DNA of 64,000 nt from a phage: NCBI GenBank assembly GCA_020279385.1, contig GCA_020279385.1_4762.2, one strand, 5' to 3'. Below, in pieces: positions 26,748 through 34,721 of this stretch. Both the position numbers and the translations under genes were made by a program. The notes under the pieces were generated by a model, which saw nothing but the letters and a program-made list of their open reading frames with translations, was not told the DNA's origin and searched no databases. Each line of letters begins with the position of its first letter. The stretch's first letter is position 1.

Positions 26748-26963
26748 ATGAGCAAATTTAAAGATTATCGAGCATATAAAGCGATCTGCGATATATTCGA
26801 TGAAAAGACCGCTCATGAAATGATGGAAGATGCAGAACAATATGAATCATTCGTCAATTCCAAAGATTGCACAGTAAACGGGATTGTGTGCTGGAAAGAT
26901 ACAAAGTATGAAGAAAAATGGATTACCGTGTATTACGGAGAACTAGAATATGAAATTAACTAA
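26748..26963 (+). CDS. hypothetical small protein (71 aa), tandem paralog B
   Basis: MSKFKDYRAYK...; ATG 26748. Confidence 0.5.
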   Translation: MSKFKDYRAYKAICDIFDEKTAHEMMEDAEQYESFVNSKDCTVNGIVCWKDTKYEEKWITVYYGELEYEIN

Positions 26964-27270
26964 AAAGATTTTCCCAGAATTGCGTAACTGTCTGTTATTG
27001 GTTACTGAATATAAGCCGTATACGATCTACTTGTATGTTGATGAAAATCTGAAAATCCGTTACTATGATTATACGTCTCCAGTGATGAAATCATTTGCTC
27101 ACTCGATAGCAAATAACTGTATGAATCACAATCATTGGGTATCAGAAACGGATGACGATGCGTCAGAAGTTGTAGTGGTTGCATGGAATCTATCACCAGC
27201 GGAAGCAGATCAAGCACGCATTAAGCATTATGCGAAAAACAATTGGTTTGACCTTATAAGTGAGGACTAA
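26950..27270 (+). CDS. small protein, HxHW paralog family member
   Basis: 106 aa; IYLYVDENLKIRYYDY and NHNHWVSE...VVVVAWN. Confidence 0.5.
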   Translation: MKLTKKIFPELRNCLLLVTEYKPYTIYLYVDENLKIRYYDYTSPVMKSFAHSIANNCMNHNHWVSETDDDASEVVVVAWNLSPAEADQARIKHYAKNNWFDLISED

Positions 27271-27274
27271 TATT

Positions 27275-27553
27275 ATGTTCAAAGTAGGTGATAAGTTTAT
27301 TCTTAGTCGTGATATTCTCCCTAATCTGAAAGGTTGTATCATCAATCCTAGTAAAAATTCATGGTTTTATCTGTTTATCGACGACAAACTGAATGTACGC
27401 GCAGAATATAAAGAAGGTCTTCGTACTGGTCTAGGTTTCTTTCACGATCATGATCATAGCCATTGGTTAAACGGTGGATTCGAAGCAACGGTGCTAGCGG
27501 TTGACGTGACCTACACAAACATCATAGAAAAATATCAAAAAATTATTTTATAA
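27275..27553 (+). CDS. small protein, HxHW-LAVDV paralog family member
   Basis: 92 aa; WFYLFIDDKLNV and HDHSHWLNGGFEATVLAVDV; ATG 27275 with RBS GTGAGGA. Confidence 0.5.
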   Translation: MFKVGDKFILSRDILPNLKGCIINPSKNSWFYLFIDDKLNVRAEYKEGLRTGLGFFHDHDHSHWLNGGFEATVLAVDVTYTNIIEKYQKIIL

Positions 27554-27559
27554 AAAGTG

Positions 27560-27588
27560 TTGACACCGGATCGGGGATATAGCATAAT
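27560..27588 (+). promoter_or_regulatory. PeSL-like promoter cassette (TTGACA-17-CATAAT)
   Basis: Hairpin GGGGATAT...ATATCCCC spans -10; leader catcgaaacgagataca...aggagaatcaaa. Confidence 0.7.
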
Positions 27589-27634
27589 ATCCCCATCGAA
27601 ACGAGATACACTTTCTAACTAGGAGAATCAAATT

Positions 27635-27922
27635 ATGGCATACATTACTATCACTCTGAAAGTTAACAAATTTGCTCACGCTGCACACGAAACAGACAAT
27701 GCAATCCGTAACAACAAGTTCGCACGTCTGGTACGCGATGCAGTAGCTAAAGAGTTCAACTTCAAATTTGCAGACGGTAAAGTTATCACTAAATGGACTC
27801 ATGACGGAGAAACTAAAGTAGAACTTGCTGATAACTTCGCAAATCAGGAATATGCACACCGTCGCATTAATGAAATTATCAGCGATGAACTCTACTACGG
27901 TGTACAGGAAGGACTGTTTTAA
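27635..27922 (+). CDS. hypothetical protein (95 aa)
   Basis: ATG after cassette. Confidence 0.5.
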   Translation: MAYITITLKVNKFAHAAHETDNAIRNNKFARLVRDAVAKEFNFKFADGKVITKWTHDGETKVELADNFANQEYAHRRINEIISDELYYGVQEGLF

Positions 27923-27927
27923 TATAC

Positions 27928-27952
27928 GGGGCGTTAAGCCCCACCCCTTTTC
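27928..27952 (+). terminator. rho-independent terminator
   Basis: GGGGC-GTTAA-GCCCC hairpin then ACCCCTTTTCAT; same hairpin recurs at 31705. Confidence 0.65.
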
Positions 27953-27975
27953 ATCCAACTATTGAGGATAATACT

Positions 27976-28284
27976 ATGAAAGATAATATCTTTGAATTTA
28001 CCCGCGAAAATCTCCCAATGTTCCGAAAGTCTCTGCTTAAACTAGAGAACAGCAATTACAACGTATATTTTTACATCACCGAAGACCTAGAGATCCTTTA
28101 CGCAGATTATCCAGGTCCGATCCGTACCTTCGAAGAAGCATCGCAGTATAAAAATGTTCACGGTCATGAGCACTGGTTACGAGAAAACCCAGGTCGCAAG
28201 AAAGCACGCGTTAAAGTGTTGGCGATTGACATAACACCAGCATACGCCGACCGGATTGCACTGAATGATTATTTGTCTAAATGA
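27976..28284 (+). CDS. small protein, HxHW-LAxD paralog family member
   Basis: 102 aa; VYFYITEDLEILYADY and HGHEHWL...KVLAIDI. Confidence 0.5.
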   Translation: MKDNIFEFTRENLPMFRKSLLKLENSNYNVYFYITEDLEILYADYPGPIRTFEEASQYKNVHGHEHWLRENPGRKKARVKVLAIDITPAYADRIALNDYLSK

Positions 28285-28292
28285 TTTCATTA

Positions 28293-28320
28293 GCCGACCT
28301 TAGTGTCGGCTTTTTTATTT
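28293..28320 (+). terminator. rho-independent terminator
   Basis: GCCGAC-CTTAGT-GTCGGC hairpin followed by TTTTTTATTT. Confidence 0.8.
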
Positions 28321-28339
28321 CCAAAAATTAAAAAAGTTG

Positions 28340-28368
28340 TTGACACCTGATCACGCCTATAGCACAAT
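28340..28368 (+). promoter_or_regulatory. PeSL-like promoter cassette (TTGACA-17-CACAAT)
   Basis: Same architecture and leader (acacatcgaaacgagataccacttaggagaatcaaa); -10 slightly degenerate. Confidence 0.55.
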
Positions 28369-28408
28369 ACACACATCGAAACGAGATACCACTTAGGAGA
28401 ATCAAACA

Positions 28409-28678
28409 ATGGCACTGACTAAAACCACTACCAACTTTGCAAAACGTCACGGCTTCGACCTTGAAATCAATAGCTTTAACGATTACACCCTTCTGTGTGT
28501 ATATGAAATCGAAAATGATTGCGAGTGGATGTTCAGCTATCGCGTAAACGAAGACGGATCTTTCACTTGGAACGGAAATATCTATCTTGCACAGGAAGTA
28601 AAAGAAGAACTTCCGGCGACTATCAAAGATGAGAAACATTTACGTCAAGTTTTAAAATTTATTTCTGAAAATATCTAA
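28409..28678 (+). CDS. hypothetical protein (89 aa)
   Basis: ATG after cassette. Confidence 0.5.
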   Translation: MALTKTTTNFAKRHGFDLEINSFNDYTLLCVYEIENDCEWMFSYRVNEDGSFTWNGNIYLAQEVKEELPATIKDEKHLRQVLKFISENI

Positions 28679-28686
28679 AAAAGTTG

Positions 28687-28715
28687 TTGACACCAAAGTA
28701 AGAACATAGCATAAT
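28687..28715 (+). promoter_or_regulatory. PeSL-like promoter cassette (TTGACA-17-CATAAT)
   Basis: Leader acacataccgaaacgaactggagaatcaaa. Confidence 0.65.
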
Positions 28716-28748
28716 ACACACATACCGAAACGAACTGGAGAATCAAAA

Positions 28749-29030
28749 ATGAAATTCATCAAAGCAACCGAAATCCTGAAAAACAAAGAAGCATACATCG
28801 GAAACATCGTTGGTATGAACATTCGCGGCGCTGGTAGCCAGTGGACCAAACTGGTTGATGTTAAAGCTAAAGGCGATAAAATTGAGTTCACTGTAAAAAT
28901 GCTTACTCATAACGCACATATGGGTATCAAGACAAAAACGATGGCCGCAGATAAAAGCATCAACTATCAAGATCTGGGCGATTGGTTGAACTGGTGCAAA
29001 ATGCACAACATCGAAACTAATCACGAATAA
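28749..29030 (+). CDS. hypothetical protein (93 aa)
   Basis: ATG after cassette. Confidence 0.5.
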   Translation: MKFIKATEILKNKEAYIGNIVGMNIRGAGSQWTKLVDVKAKGDKIEFTVKMLTHNAHMGIKTKTMAADKSINYQDLGDWLNWCKMHNIETNHE

Positions 29031-29044
29031 TTTTAAAAAAGTTG

Positions 29045-29073
29045 TTGACGGGGATCGGGAGATCCCCTATAAT
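29045..29073 (+). promoter_or_regulatory. PeSL-like promoter cassette (TTGACG-17-TATAAT)
   Basis: Palindromic spacer GGGATCGGGAGATCCCC; copy of the 25785 cassette. Confidence 0.7.
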
Positions 29074-29106
29074 ACACACATAACGAAACGAAATAGGAGA
29101 ATCAAA

Positions 29107-29274
29107 ATGTTCGAGACTAAAGCAGCATGTGAAGCATATATCATTGAAACCCACGGCGAAGATTATCTGAAATTTGACATTGTAGTAGCACAGAAGATTG
29201 TAGGGATGGTTGCGAAATACCTCGGAGTTAAAGAAGGTTACTATCCTAGCAACGCACCAGAAATTAACAAATAA
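29107..29274 (+). CDS. hypothetical small protein (55 aa), paralog of the 25847 ORF
   Basis: MFETKAACEAYIIETHGEDYLKFDIVVAQK...; below track cutoff. Confidence 0.5.
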   Translation: MFETKAACEAYIIETHGEDYLKFDIVVAQKIVGMVAKYLGVKEGYYPSNAPEINK

Positions 29275-29288
29275 TTTTATAAAAAGTG

Positions 29289-29317
29289 TTGACAGGGGAG
29301 GATAACTCCCCTACAAT
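29289..29317 (+). promoter_or_regulatory. PeSL-like promoter cassette (TTGACA-17-TACAAT)
   Basis: Palindromic spacer GGGGAGGATAACTCCCC; leader caaccatcaagacgagataccacttaggagaatcaaa. Confidence 0.65.
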
Positions 29318-29357
29318 ACAACCATCAAGACGAGATACCACTTAGGAGAATCAAACA

Positions 29358-29609
29358 ATGGCTAACATCGAAACCGCAAAGAAAATCGCTAAAGACCTGA
29401 ACGTTAAAGGCTTCCGTAAACTGAAATTACAGCGTGTACGCTACACCATCGGCAAACAGTGCTCTTTCATGAGCGAAGAAGTTGCTAACAGCCTCATTGA
29501 TAACCTGATTGCGGCTGGCTGGGAAGTTGCGGATCTGAAAACTTGCCGCGAACTGGCTAACAAAGGTCTTTTAGATTCTGTTACTATCAAACCAATGGGG
29601 GCAGCGTGA
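29358..29609 (+). CDS. hypothetical protein (83 aa)
   Basis: Starts MANIE, sharing its first 16 nt with the 31486 ORF. Confidence 0.5.
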   Translation: MANIETAKKIAKDLNVKGFRKLKLQRVRYTIGKQCSFMSEEVANSLIDNLIAAGWEVADLKTCRELANKGLLDSVTIKPMGAA

Positions 29610-29851
29610 AAAGAAAATTAATTAAACGCAATAAGGAATTTCTTAATAACTGCATTAAGGCCGCTAATGGTTGGCCTTTGTTCCTCTTCCTTTATGATTG
29701 GTATTCTAAACAATCGGTAGAGGAAACACGACACTATAAGAAGATCAGAAAAGAATCATATACAAAACAAGGCCGCATTAACGGACTTTACTTAATGTGG
29801 CACGGCAAAGAACCTTCTAAAATCTGTGTTGGATTAAAGGGGCGTATATGA
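29606..29851 (+). CDS. hypothetical basic protein (81 aa)
   Basis: GTG start overlapping previous stop; Lys/Arg-rich; uncertain. Confidence 0.35.
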   Translation: MKRKLIKRNKEFLNNCIKAANGWPLFLFLYDWYSKQSVEETRHYKKIRKESYTKQGRINGLYLMWHGKEPSKICVGLKGRI

Positions 29852-30564
29852 AACAAAAATTAATATTCTGCAACTTTGACGGATCGGGGATAATGGGGCT
29901 AGAATGGGCTAAAGCAGGTCATAAGGTGATCTGCTTTAATGCTGACGATGGCGACCACGGCACATACAAAAAGTATAATACCCGATTTGAACATCCAAAC
30001 ATTACCTATGTAAACACATGGATTGATTTGAACTGGCTGGAAAGAGCAATGGACCTTGAATGGGGGAAACCGGATATTATCTTTGCATTCCCACCGTGCA
30101 CCAATTTAGCTGTTAGTGGCGCTGCACACTTTGAACGAAAGAAACGAGAACAAGGACCATTGATTCAAGTTCATGATGTAAGGGCAGCTAAAATAACCGC
30201 TTATTTGGGTGAATGGCTAGGAGTTCCCTACATGATAGAGAATCCTGTAAGCGTTATCTCTAGCATGTGGCGTAAGCCTGATTATATGTTCCATCCGTGG
30301 GAATATGGTGGTTATTTGCCGGAAGATGATAAGCATCCTACGTTTCCTGAGTATATTGCCGCCCGTGATATGTACCCGAAAAAGACTTGCTTATGGACCG
30401 GACAAGGCTTTATGATGCCAGAAAAGAAACCTTTGCAGATTAATAAAGGGTACAGTAAACAGCATTCTAAGCTAGGCGGGAAAGGAACGAAAACAAAGAC
30501 TATAAGGTCACTTACCCCGCGAGGATTCGCAAAGGCAGTATTTGAAGCCAATAAGGATCTATGA
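29848..30564 (+). CDS. C5-cytosine methyltransferase-like protein (compact, no obvious target-recognition domain)
   Basis: 238 aa; motif I-like IFCNFDGSGIMG, motif IV-like FPPCTNLAVSG (Pro-Cys), motif VI-like ENPVSV, motif X-like RSLTPRGFAKAVF. Confidence 0.5.
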   Translation: MKQKLIFCNFDGSGIMGLEWAKAGHKVICFNADDGDHGTYKKYNTRFEHPNITYVNTWIDLNWLERAMDLEWGKPDIIFAFPPCTNLAVSGAAHFERKKREQGPLIQVHDVRAAKITAYLGEWLGVPYMIENPVSVISSMWRKPDYMFHPWEYGGYLPEDDKHPTFPEYIAARDMYPKKTCLWTGQGFMMPEKKPLQINKGYSKQHSKLGGKGTKTKTIRSLTPRGFAKAVFEANKDL

Positions 30565-30893
30565 TGAGATTGTTTAAGTATTCGCTAACGTCAAATTACG
30601 ATAAACAAGGTCATTGCATCCGTTGCCCTGATTGTCATAGCCATAACATCGAAAGCAAGATCACCGATCATATTGATGGACTTTGGTCGCCAGCAAGTGA
30701 AATAGAATACTATTGCTCTGATTGTGGAATTGTAGTAGCATATTGGGCATACGGATCATATGATCCATACTTCCAGATGGGAGAGCGTTCAATCCCTGCG
30801 CTCATCTGGAGAATTAAGAACAATATCCGCCATTCATGGGATGAGTTCTTAAAAGATATTGATTTACGTGATGATCCATTCAGGAGACTATAA
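30561..30893 (+). CDS. Zn-ribbon protein (110 aa)
   Basis: CIRCPDCHSH ... CSDCG; two CxxC pairs; translationally coupled to flanking genes. Confidence 0.5.
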   Translation: MMRLFKYSLTSNYDKQGHCIRCPDCHSHNIESKITDHIDGLWSPASEIEYYCSDCGIVVAYWAYGSYDPYFQMGERSIPALIWRIKNNIRHSWDEFLKDIDLRDDPFRRL

Positions 30894-30894
30894 C

Positions 30895-31413
30895 ATGAAC
30901 CGTTTAACGCCTAAACGCCGCTACTATACCAATACTAAAAACTTTGTTATCTCTGTTTACGAAGCATGGTTAGAAGATGGCTATATCAACATGAACCCAG
31001 ATTATCAGCGTCCTTTAGTATGGGACACCGAAAACAAACGTATGTTTATTGAAAACCTGATTAATGATTTTCCGGTTGGTGCTATCGCAATGGCTAAGAT
31101 TGATGATGGCTCTCGCTATGAGATCGAAATCGTGGACGGTAAACAGCGTTTAAACGCAATATTCTCCTTTATGAAGGATGAGTTTAGCATTGCCGGTAAT
31201 GATGATTCTATGTTGTATTACAGTGATTTTACGCCAGCAGAAAAGCGACGTTTCCGAAATCTCGGACTACCCGCGATCATGATGGAAGAGAGCACACGAG
31301 AAGACCGATTAGAGTATTTCTACAAAACAAACTTTTTCGGTGTGCCTCAATCGGAAGAACATCGCCAGCATGTGATTGCCCTATTGCAAGATGAGCAATT
31401 AAAAAATAACTAA
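30895..31413 (+). CDS. DUF262 / ParB-like domain protein (DGQQR-type motif)
   Basis: ~173 aa; NPDYQRPLVW and EIVDGKQRLNAIFSF resemble the DUF262 DGQQR signature; ATG 30895 with RBS CAGGAGAC. Confidence 0.55.
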   Translation: MNRLTPKRRYYTNTKNFVISVYEAWLEDGYINMNPDYQRPLVWDTENKRMFIENLINDFPVGAIAMAKIDDGSRYEIEIVDGKQRLNAIFSFMKDEFSIAGNDDSMLYYSDFTPAEKRRFRNLGLPAIMMEESTREDRLEYFYKTNFFGVPQSEEHRQHVIALLQDEQLKNN

Positions 31414-31420
31414 AAAGTTG

Positions 31421-31449
31421 TTGACAGGGGATCGGTGATCCCCTATAAT
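31421..31449 (+). promoter_or_regulatory. PeSL-like promoter cassette (TTGACA-17-TATAAT)
   Basis: Spacer GGGGATCGGTGATCCCC identical to the 25785 cassette. Confidence 0.75.
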
Positions 31450-31485
31450 GCACACATACCGAAACGAACTACTAAGGAGTATCAA

Positions 31486-31698
31486 ATGGCTAACATCGAA
31501 ATCATCATTACCGACGTAACTTATGACCGCATTAACGAAATCGGTACTGCATTACTGGAAGATGGAACAACTCGTACCATCAACTACGCAGAATACGTTG
31601 AAATGCGTGGTTGTATTAAACGAGTAGGAAAATATACCCTGATTGAAAAAGACTATTCAGGATACACCTTAGAGCAATTGCTTGATGGTGCATTATAA
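31486..31698 (+). CDS. hypothetical protein (70 aa)
   Basis: ATG 31486 after cassette; starts MANIE like the 29358 ORF; track start 31435 lies in the promoter. Confidence 0.5.
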   Translation: MANIEIIITDVTYDRINEIGTALLEDGTTRTINYAEYVEMRGCIKRVGKYTLIEKDYSGYTLEQLLDGAL

Positions 31699-31704
31699 TA
31701 AAAA

Positions 31705-31728
31705 GGGGGCGTTAAGCCCCGTTTTCAT
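31705..31728 (+). terminator. rho-independent terminator
   Basis: GGGGGC-GTTAA-GCCCC hairpin followed by GTTTTCAT. Confidence 0.7.
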
Positions 31729-31766
31729 AAATATAGGTTTATAGGTTATCAACTAGAGGATATAAA

Positions 31767-33818
31767 ATGTTTAACTTAGAAATCGACGATCTAATGATTG
31801 AATCTTTCGAGAAATGGCTGTTGACGGAAGAGGAAGAAAACTTTGGCAGTATTGCTCCTGTACAGTGCTTAAAGCCTAAGCAGAATCCTAAACAGCTTTT
31901 TGCAGTACAGACACGCGATAAAGATGTGATTGTCCGTCTTTGCAACTTCACCAACAAAACACCTAAAATCATTCGTATGGGCGACAAGACCGCACATGTT
32001 GTACTGTGCGAAATGAACAAAAGCGGTCGTATTGTACAGCTTAAAAATGGTCTAGGCGATAACCCGATTGCAGTCATGGCAAGTGCTTTTGATGTGGTTA
32101 TGGAAACAGCCCGTAAAGCGCAATTAGACGCTGTTATGTTCCGTTTTAACGTATCCCGCATGAAAGGTAAGACCGAACTGATTAAGCGCGTTATAGAGCG
32201 TTTGGTGCGTCGTACACCGAAGTTTGAAGTATTCCAGCAGGAAGTAATGACCAGCAAAAAGATCGCTTTAGTTGTTGTCAAGCGTCGCGGGATAGCGATT
32301 GATAAGATTAAAGGGATTAAACTTGATGAATCCTTGTTCACTAAAGTAGAAAGTGATTTAGGTGATCGCTGGGTATCTAAGGCTACTGGTGAATCTCTGA
32401 CTAAAGATGAAGCGTATGCGGCTAGTCTTGTGTCAGAAGAAGAACGAAACGCGGAAGCAGAACAACGCGTAGCGGCTAAATCTCGTTTGACTAAAGAAGA
32501 AATGCTGAAAACTCAAGCGACCTATAACAGCGACTATGTGAATCATCCAGAAAAAATTAATCTTAAACCGGAAGAAGATATCACCGAAGCCGAACCTAAG
32601 AAACAGTTTAATACTCTGATTGACCGTCAAGCCTTAGAACGTTCAACCGCCCGTTCTCTGAATGACTGGACAAGTGATATTATCACTCGCTATGGTTTCA
32701 TGCGTACTATTTTTGAAAGCGAAGCCGATGCAAAATACGCAGTAAGCGAACTGGTAAAAGTTCAGGATCAATATGATCCGTTGTCTGCGGAAGTTATCGC
32801 AGCATCAATCAAACGCTTAAAAGAAATCATGAGCGAGGAAGTATTCGAAAACAAGATCACCGCCCTGGCAATGGATCGAGTAGACCAGTCTATGCCAGCA
32901 GATGTAAAAGCTGAAATGCTGCGTAGTCATATCACCCAGATTAAAACCGATGCCCTACGTAATGTTGCTTCCGGTATGTTTGAAGCAATTGCTAGCAACA
33001 TGGGTGAAATGATGGCAGATATTGATCTTGATCTGCCAGGTGCGGAAGGTTTTGTGTTGAGCGAATATGCGGATGCAGCATACATCAATATGAACAACTT
33101 CCTAACCGACCGTAAGCTGGAAGAATTTGATGGTATCGCAGATCCAGAAGAATTGGTCAAGATGTGCGATGCACTGGATAATGCCTTCTCTAACTATGGT
33201 GTTAAACTTGATCCGGGTACTATTCTGTATCGTGGTATGGACTTCCGGTCTCAAATGTGGGAAACTGCACGTAAGCAAAAAGCGTTTTACTTTAAAAACT
33301 ATGTGAGCACTTCCCTTGCACCTAACATTTTTGGCGGCTGGAATGCAAACGTGGCTAGTGCCGTTGCTGGTGTTGATTCTATGGCTGGCTCTCGCGGTGA
33401 AGGTGGCGCTAATGTTGCTTTCTCCATTGCTGGCGCGGAAAACATCCCTGTATTGCCAGTAGGTAACAAAGCATTTGCTTACAAAGAATGCGAGATTTTA
33501 CTTCCTCGCGGTGTTGTGTTATCCTTTGATACGGTAACTCGTGCTACGGCATCGACGGATTCACAAGAAACTTATTACATTGAGGCACATATTATGAACA
33601 AAAATGAACTGGCAGCATTACAAGAATCTGGCGAGATGATCGCGGACGGTGATGCATTCATCCGTGAAGGTGTTGTTAAACCTGCTTCTGACCTGTCTTT
33701 CTCCAGCTTTATTACCGAAGCTAAAACCGAACGTAAGAAAGCAGATAAGGCAACTCTACGTCAGCTTATCGCTGATCTGGTATCTGTAGACGCAATGCCA
33801 GATAAATTTAAAATGTAA
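31767..33818 (+). CDS. alt: ADP-ribosyltransferase Alt
   Basis: 683 aa (T4 Alt ~682 aa); C-terminal R-S-ExE ART triad (LYRGMDF, YVSTSL, KECEILLPRG); position next to ligase region and gene 54 as in T4. Confidence 0.75.
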   Translation: MFNLEIDDLMIESFEKWLLTEEEENFGSIAPVQCLKPKQNPKQLFAVQTRDKDVIVRLCNFTNKTPKIIRMGDKTAHVVLCEMNKSGRIVQLKNGLGDNPIAVMASAFDVVMETARKAQLDAVMFRFNVSRMKGKTELIKRVIERLVRRTPKFEVFQQEVMTSKKIALVVVKRRGIAIDKIKGIKLDESLFTKVESDLGDRWVSKATGESLTKDEAYAASLVSEEERNAEAEQRVAAKSRLTKEEMLKTQATYNSDYVNHPEKINLKPEEDITEAEPKKQFNTLIDRQALERSTARSLNDWTSDIITRYGFMRTIFESEADAKYAVSELVKVQDQYDPLSAEVIAASIKRLKEIMSEEVFENKITALAMDRVDQSMPADVKAEMLRSHITQIKTDALRNVASGMFEAIASNMGEMMADIDLDLPGAEGFVLSEYADAAYINMNNFLTDRKLEEFDGIADPEELVKMCDALDNAFSNYGVKLDPGTILYRGMDFRSQMWETARKQKAFYFKNYVSTSLAPNIFGGWNANVASAVAGVDSMAGSRGEGGANVAFSIAGAENIPVLPVGNKAFAYKECEILLPRGVVLSFDTVTRATASTDSQETYYIEAHIMNKNELAALQESGEMIADGDAFIREGVVKPASDLSFSSFITEAKTERKKADKATLRQLIADLVSVDAMPDKFKM

Positions 33819-33835
33819 TTTTTAAGAAATAATGG

Positions 33836-33864
33836 TTGACTCAAACGGGGACTAGTTTTATACT
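33836..33864 (+). promoter_or_regulatory. sigma70-type promoter (TTGACT-17-TATACT); its hairpin may also terminate alt
   Basis: Imperfect hairpin CGGGGACTAG...CTAGCCCCG followed by TTTTCTGTT. Confidence 0.55.
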
Positions 33865-33896
33865 AGCCCCGTTTTCTGTTATATGGGAGGTTTAAA

Positions 33897-34721
33897 ATGT
33901 TCAAACAATTACAGGATTTTCGTCTTTCAGAAGAATCACGCGAATCAATGATGGAACGTATGGACAATTATATTGAAACATATGACATTGAGGGGATTAA
34001 TGGTTACATGATCACTGAGATGATCAGCGATCAGATTAACTTTGATGATTATGTGAAGGTTATCCGCTTCCTTGAGCGTGAGACACAAGATTATGGATTT
34101 GTCAAGAAAATCATTAATGTGATGTATGAAGTACACTCCGAAGACTTTGGAGATAATGTATTCAAACATTACAAACATAACAACATAACCCCAGCAGAAT
34201 ATAATGCAATCTGTGATTATGTATCTGAACAATACGAATGGGTAAATGGTGCTCTCTTAGGGGAAGAAGACATGACCGATGAGATATCAGAGATTGTCGA
34301 TTTGATGGATTGCGTCATGGATAAAACCGAAAAGTTAAACGGTACTCTTTATCGCGGTCAACATCTTGACATTCAGACAATAGAGCGCATCATTGAAGAT
34401 AAGGAGTTTACCTTTAAAAACTTTGTATCGACCAGCATGACACCGATCATCTTTGGAGGATGGCTATCAAACAGCACTAGCCTTTATTGTGAGAATCGAT
34501 ATGAATCAATGACCGGAAAGATGCAACATTCTTGTAATGTATCATGGGTAATTGACGTAAAAGATCATAAAGGTTTTGTTGTTGGGTCAATTGCATGGAA
34601 CCCTTGCGAATGTGAAGTAATTTTACCGCGCGGGACTTGCGTCAAGGTAAACGACGTAGTAGAATCTTTCGGCGATGAGAATCGTAGACAATTTACAATT
34701 TTCGGTGAGGTGACTAAATGA
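33897..34721 (+). CDS. Alt/Mod-like ADP-ribosyltransferase (second ART paralog)
   Basis: 274 aa; R-S-ExE triad (TLYRGQHL, FVSTSMTPIIFGGW, CECEVILPRG) parallels Alt C-terminus. Confidence 0.65.
   Translation: MFKQLQDFRLSEESRESMMERMDNYIETYDIEGINGYMITEMISDQINFDDYVKVIRFLERETQDYGFVKKIINVMYEVHSEDFGDNVFKHYKHNNITPAEYNAICDYVSEQYEWVNGALLGEEDMTDEISEIVDLMDCVMDKTEKLNGTLYRGQHLDIQTIERIIEDKEFTFKNFVSTSMTPIIFGGWLSNSTSLYCENRYESMTGKMQHSCNVSWVIDVKDHKGFVVGSIAWNPCECEVILPRGTCVKVNDVVESFGDENRRQFTIFGEVTK

Noticed and set aside
24640-31450. Possible CRISPR array suggested by many similar ~30-70 bp repeats
   Set aside because: Repeat units are promoter cassettes with -35/-10 elements, spacing is irregular (150-700 bp) and the intervening sequences are RBS-led ORFs, not short uniform spacers.
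7865-31698. Track start codons at 7865, 13926, 24607, 25417, 31435, 9456, 21278, 22661, 42028
   Set aside because: These start inside promoters or upstream genes, or are TTG/GTG codons lacking an RBS; an in-frame ATG with a good Shine-Dalgarno lies just downstream in each case, and those were used.
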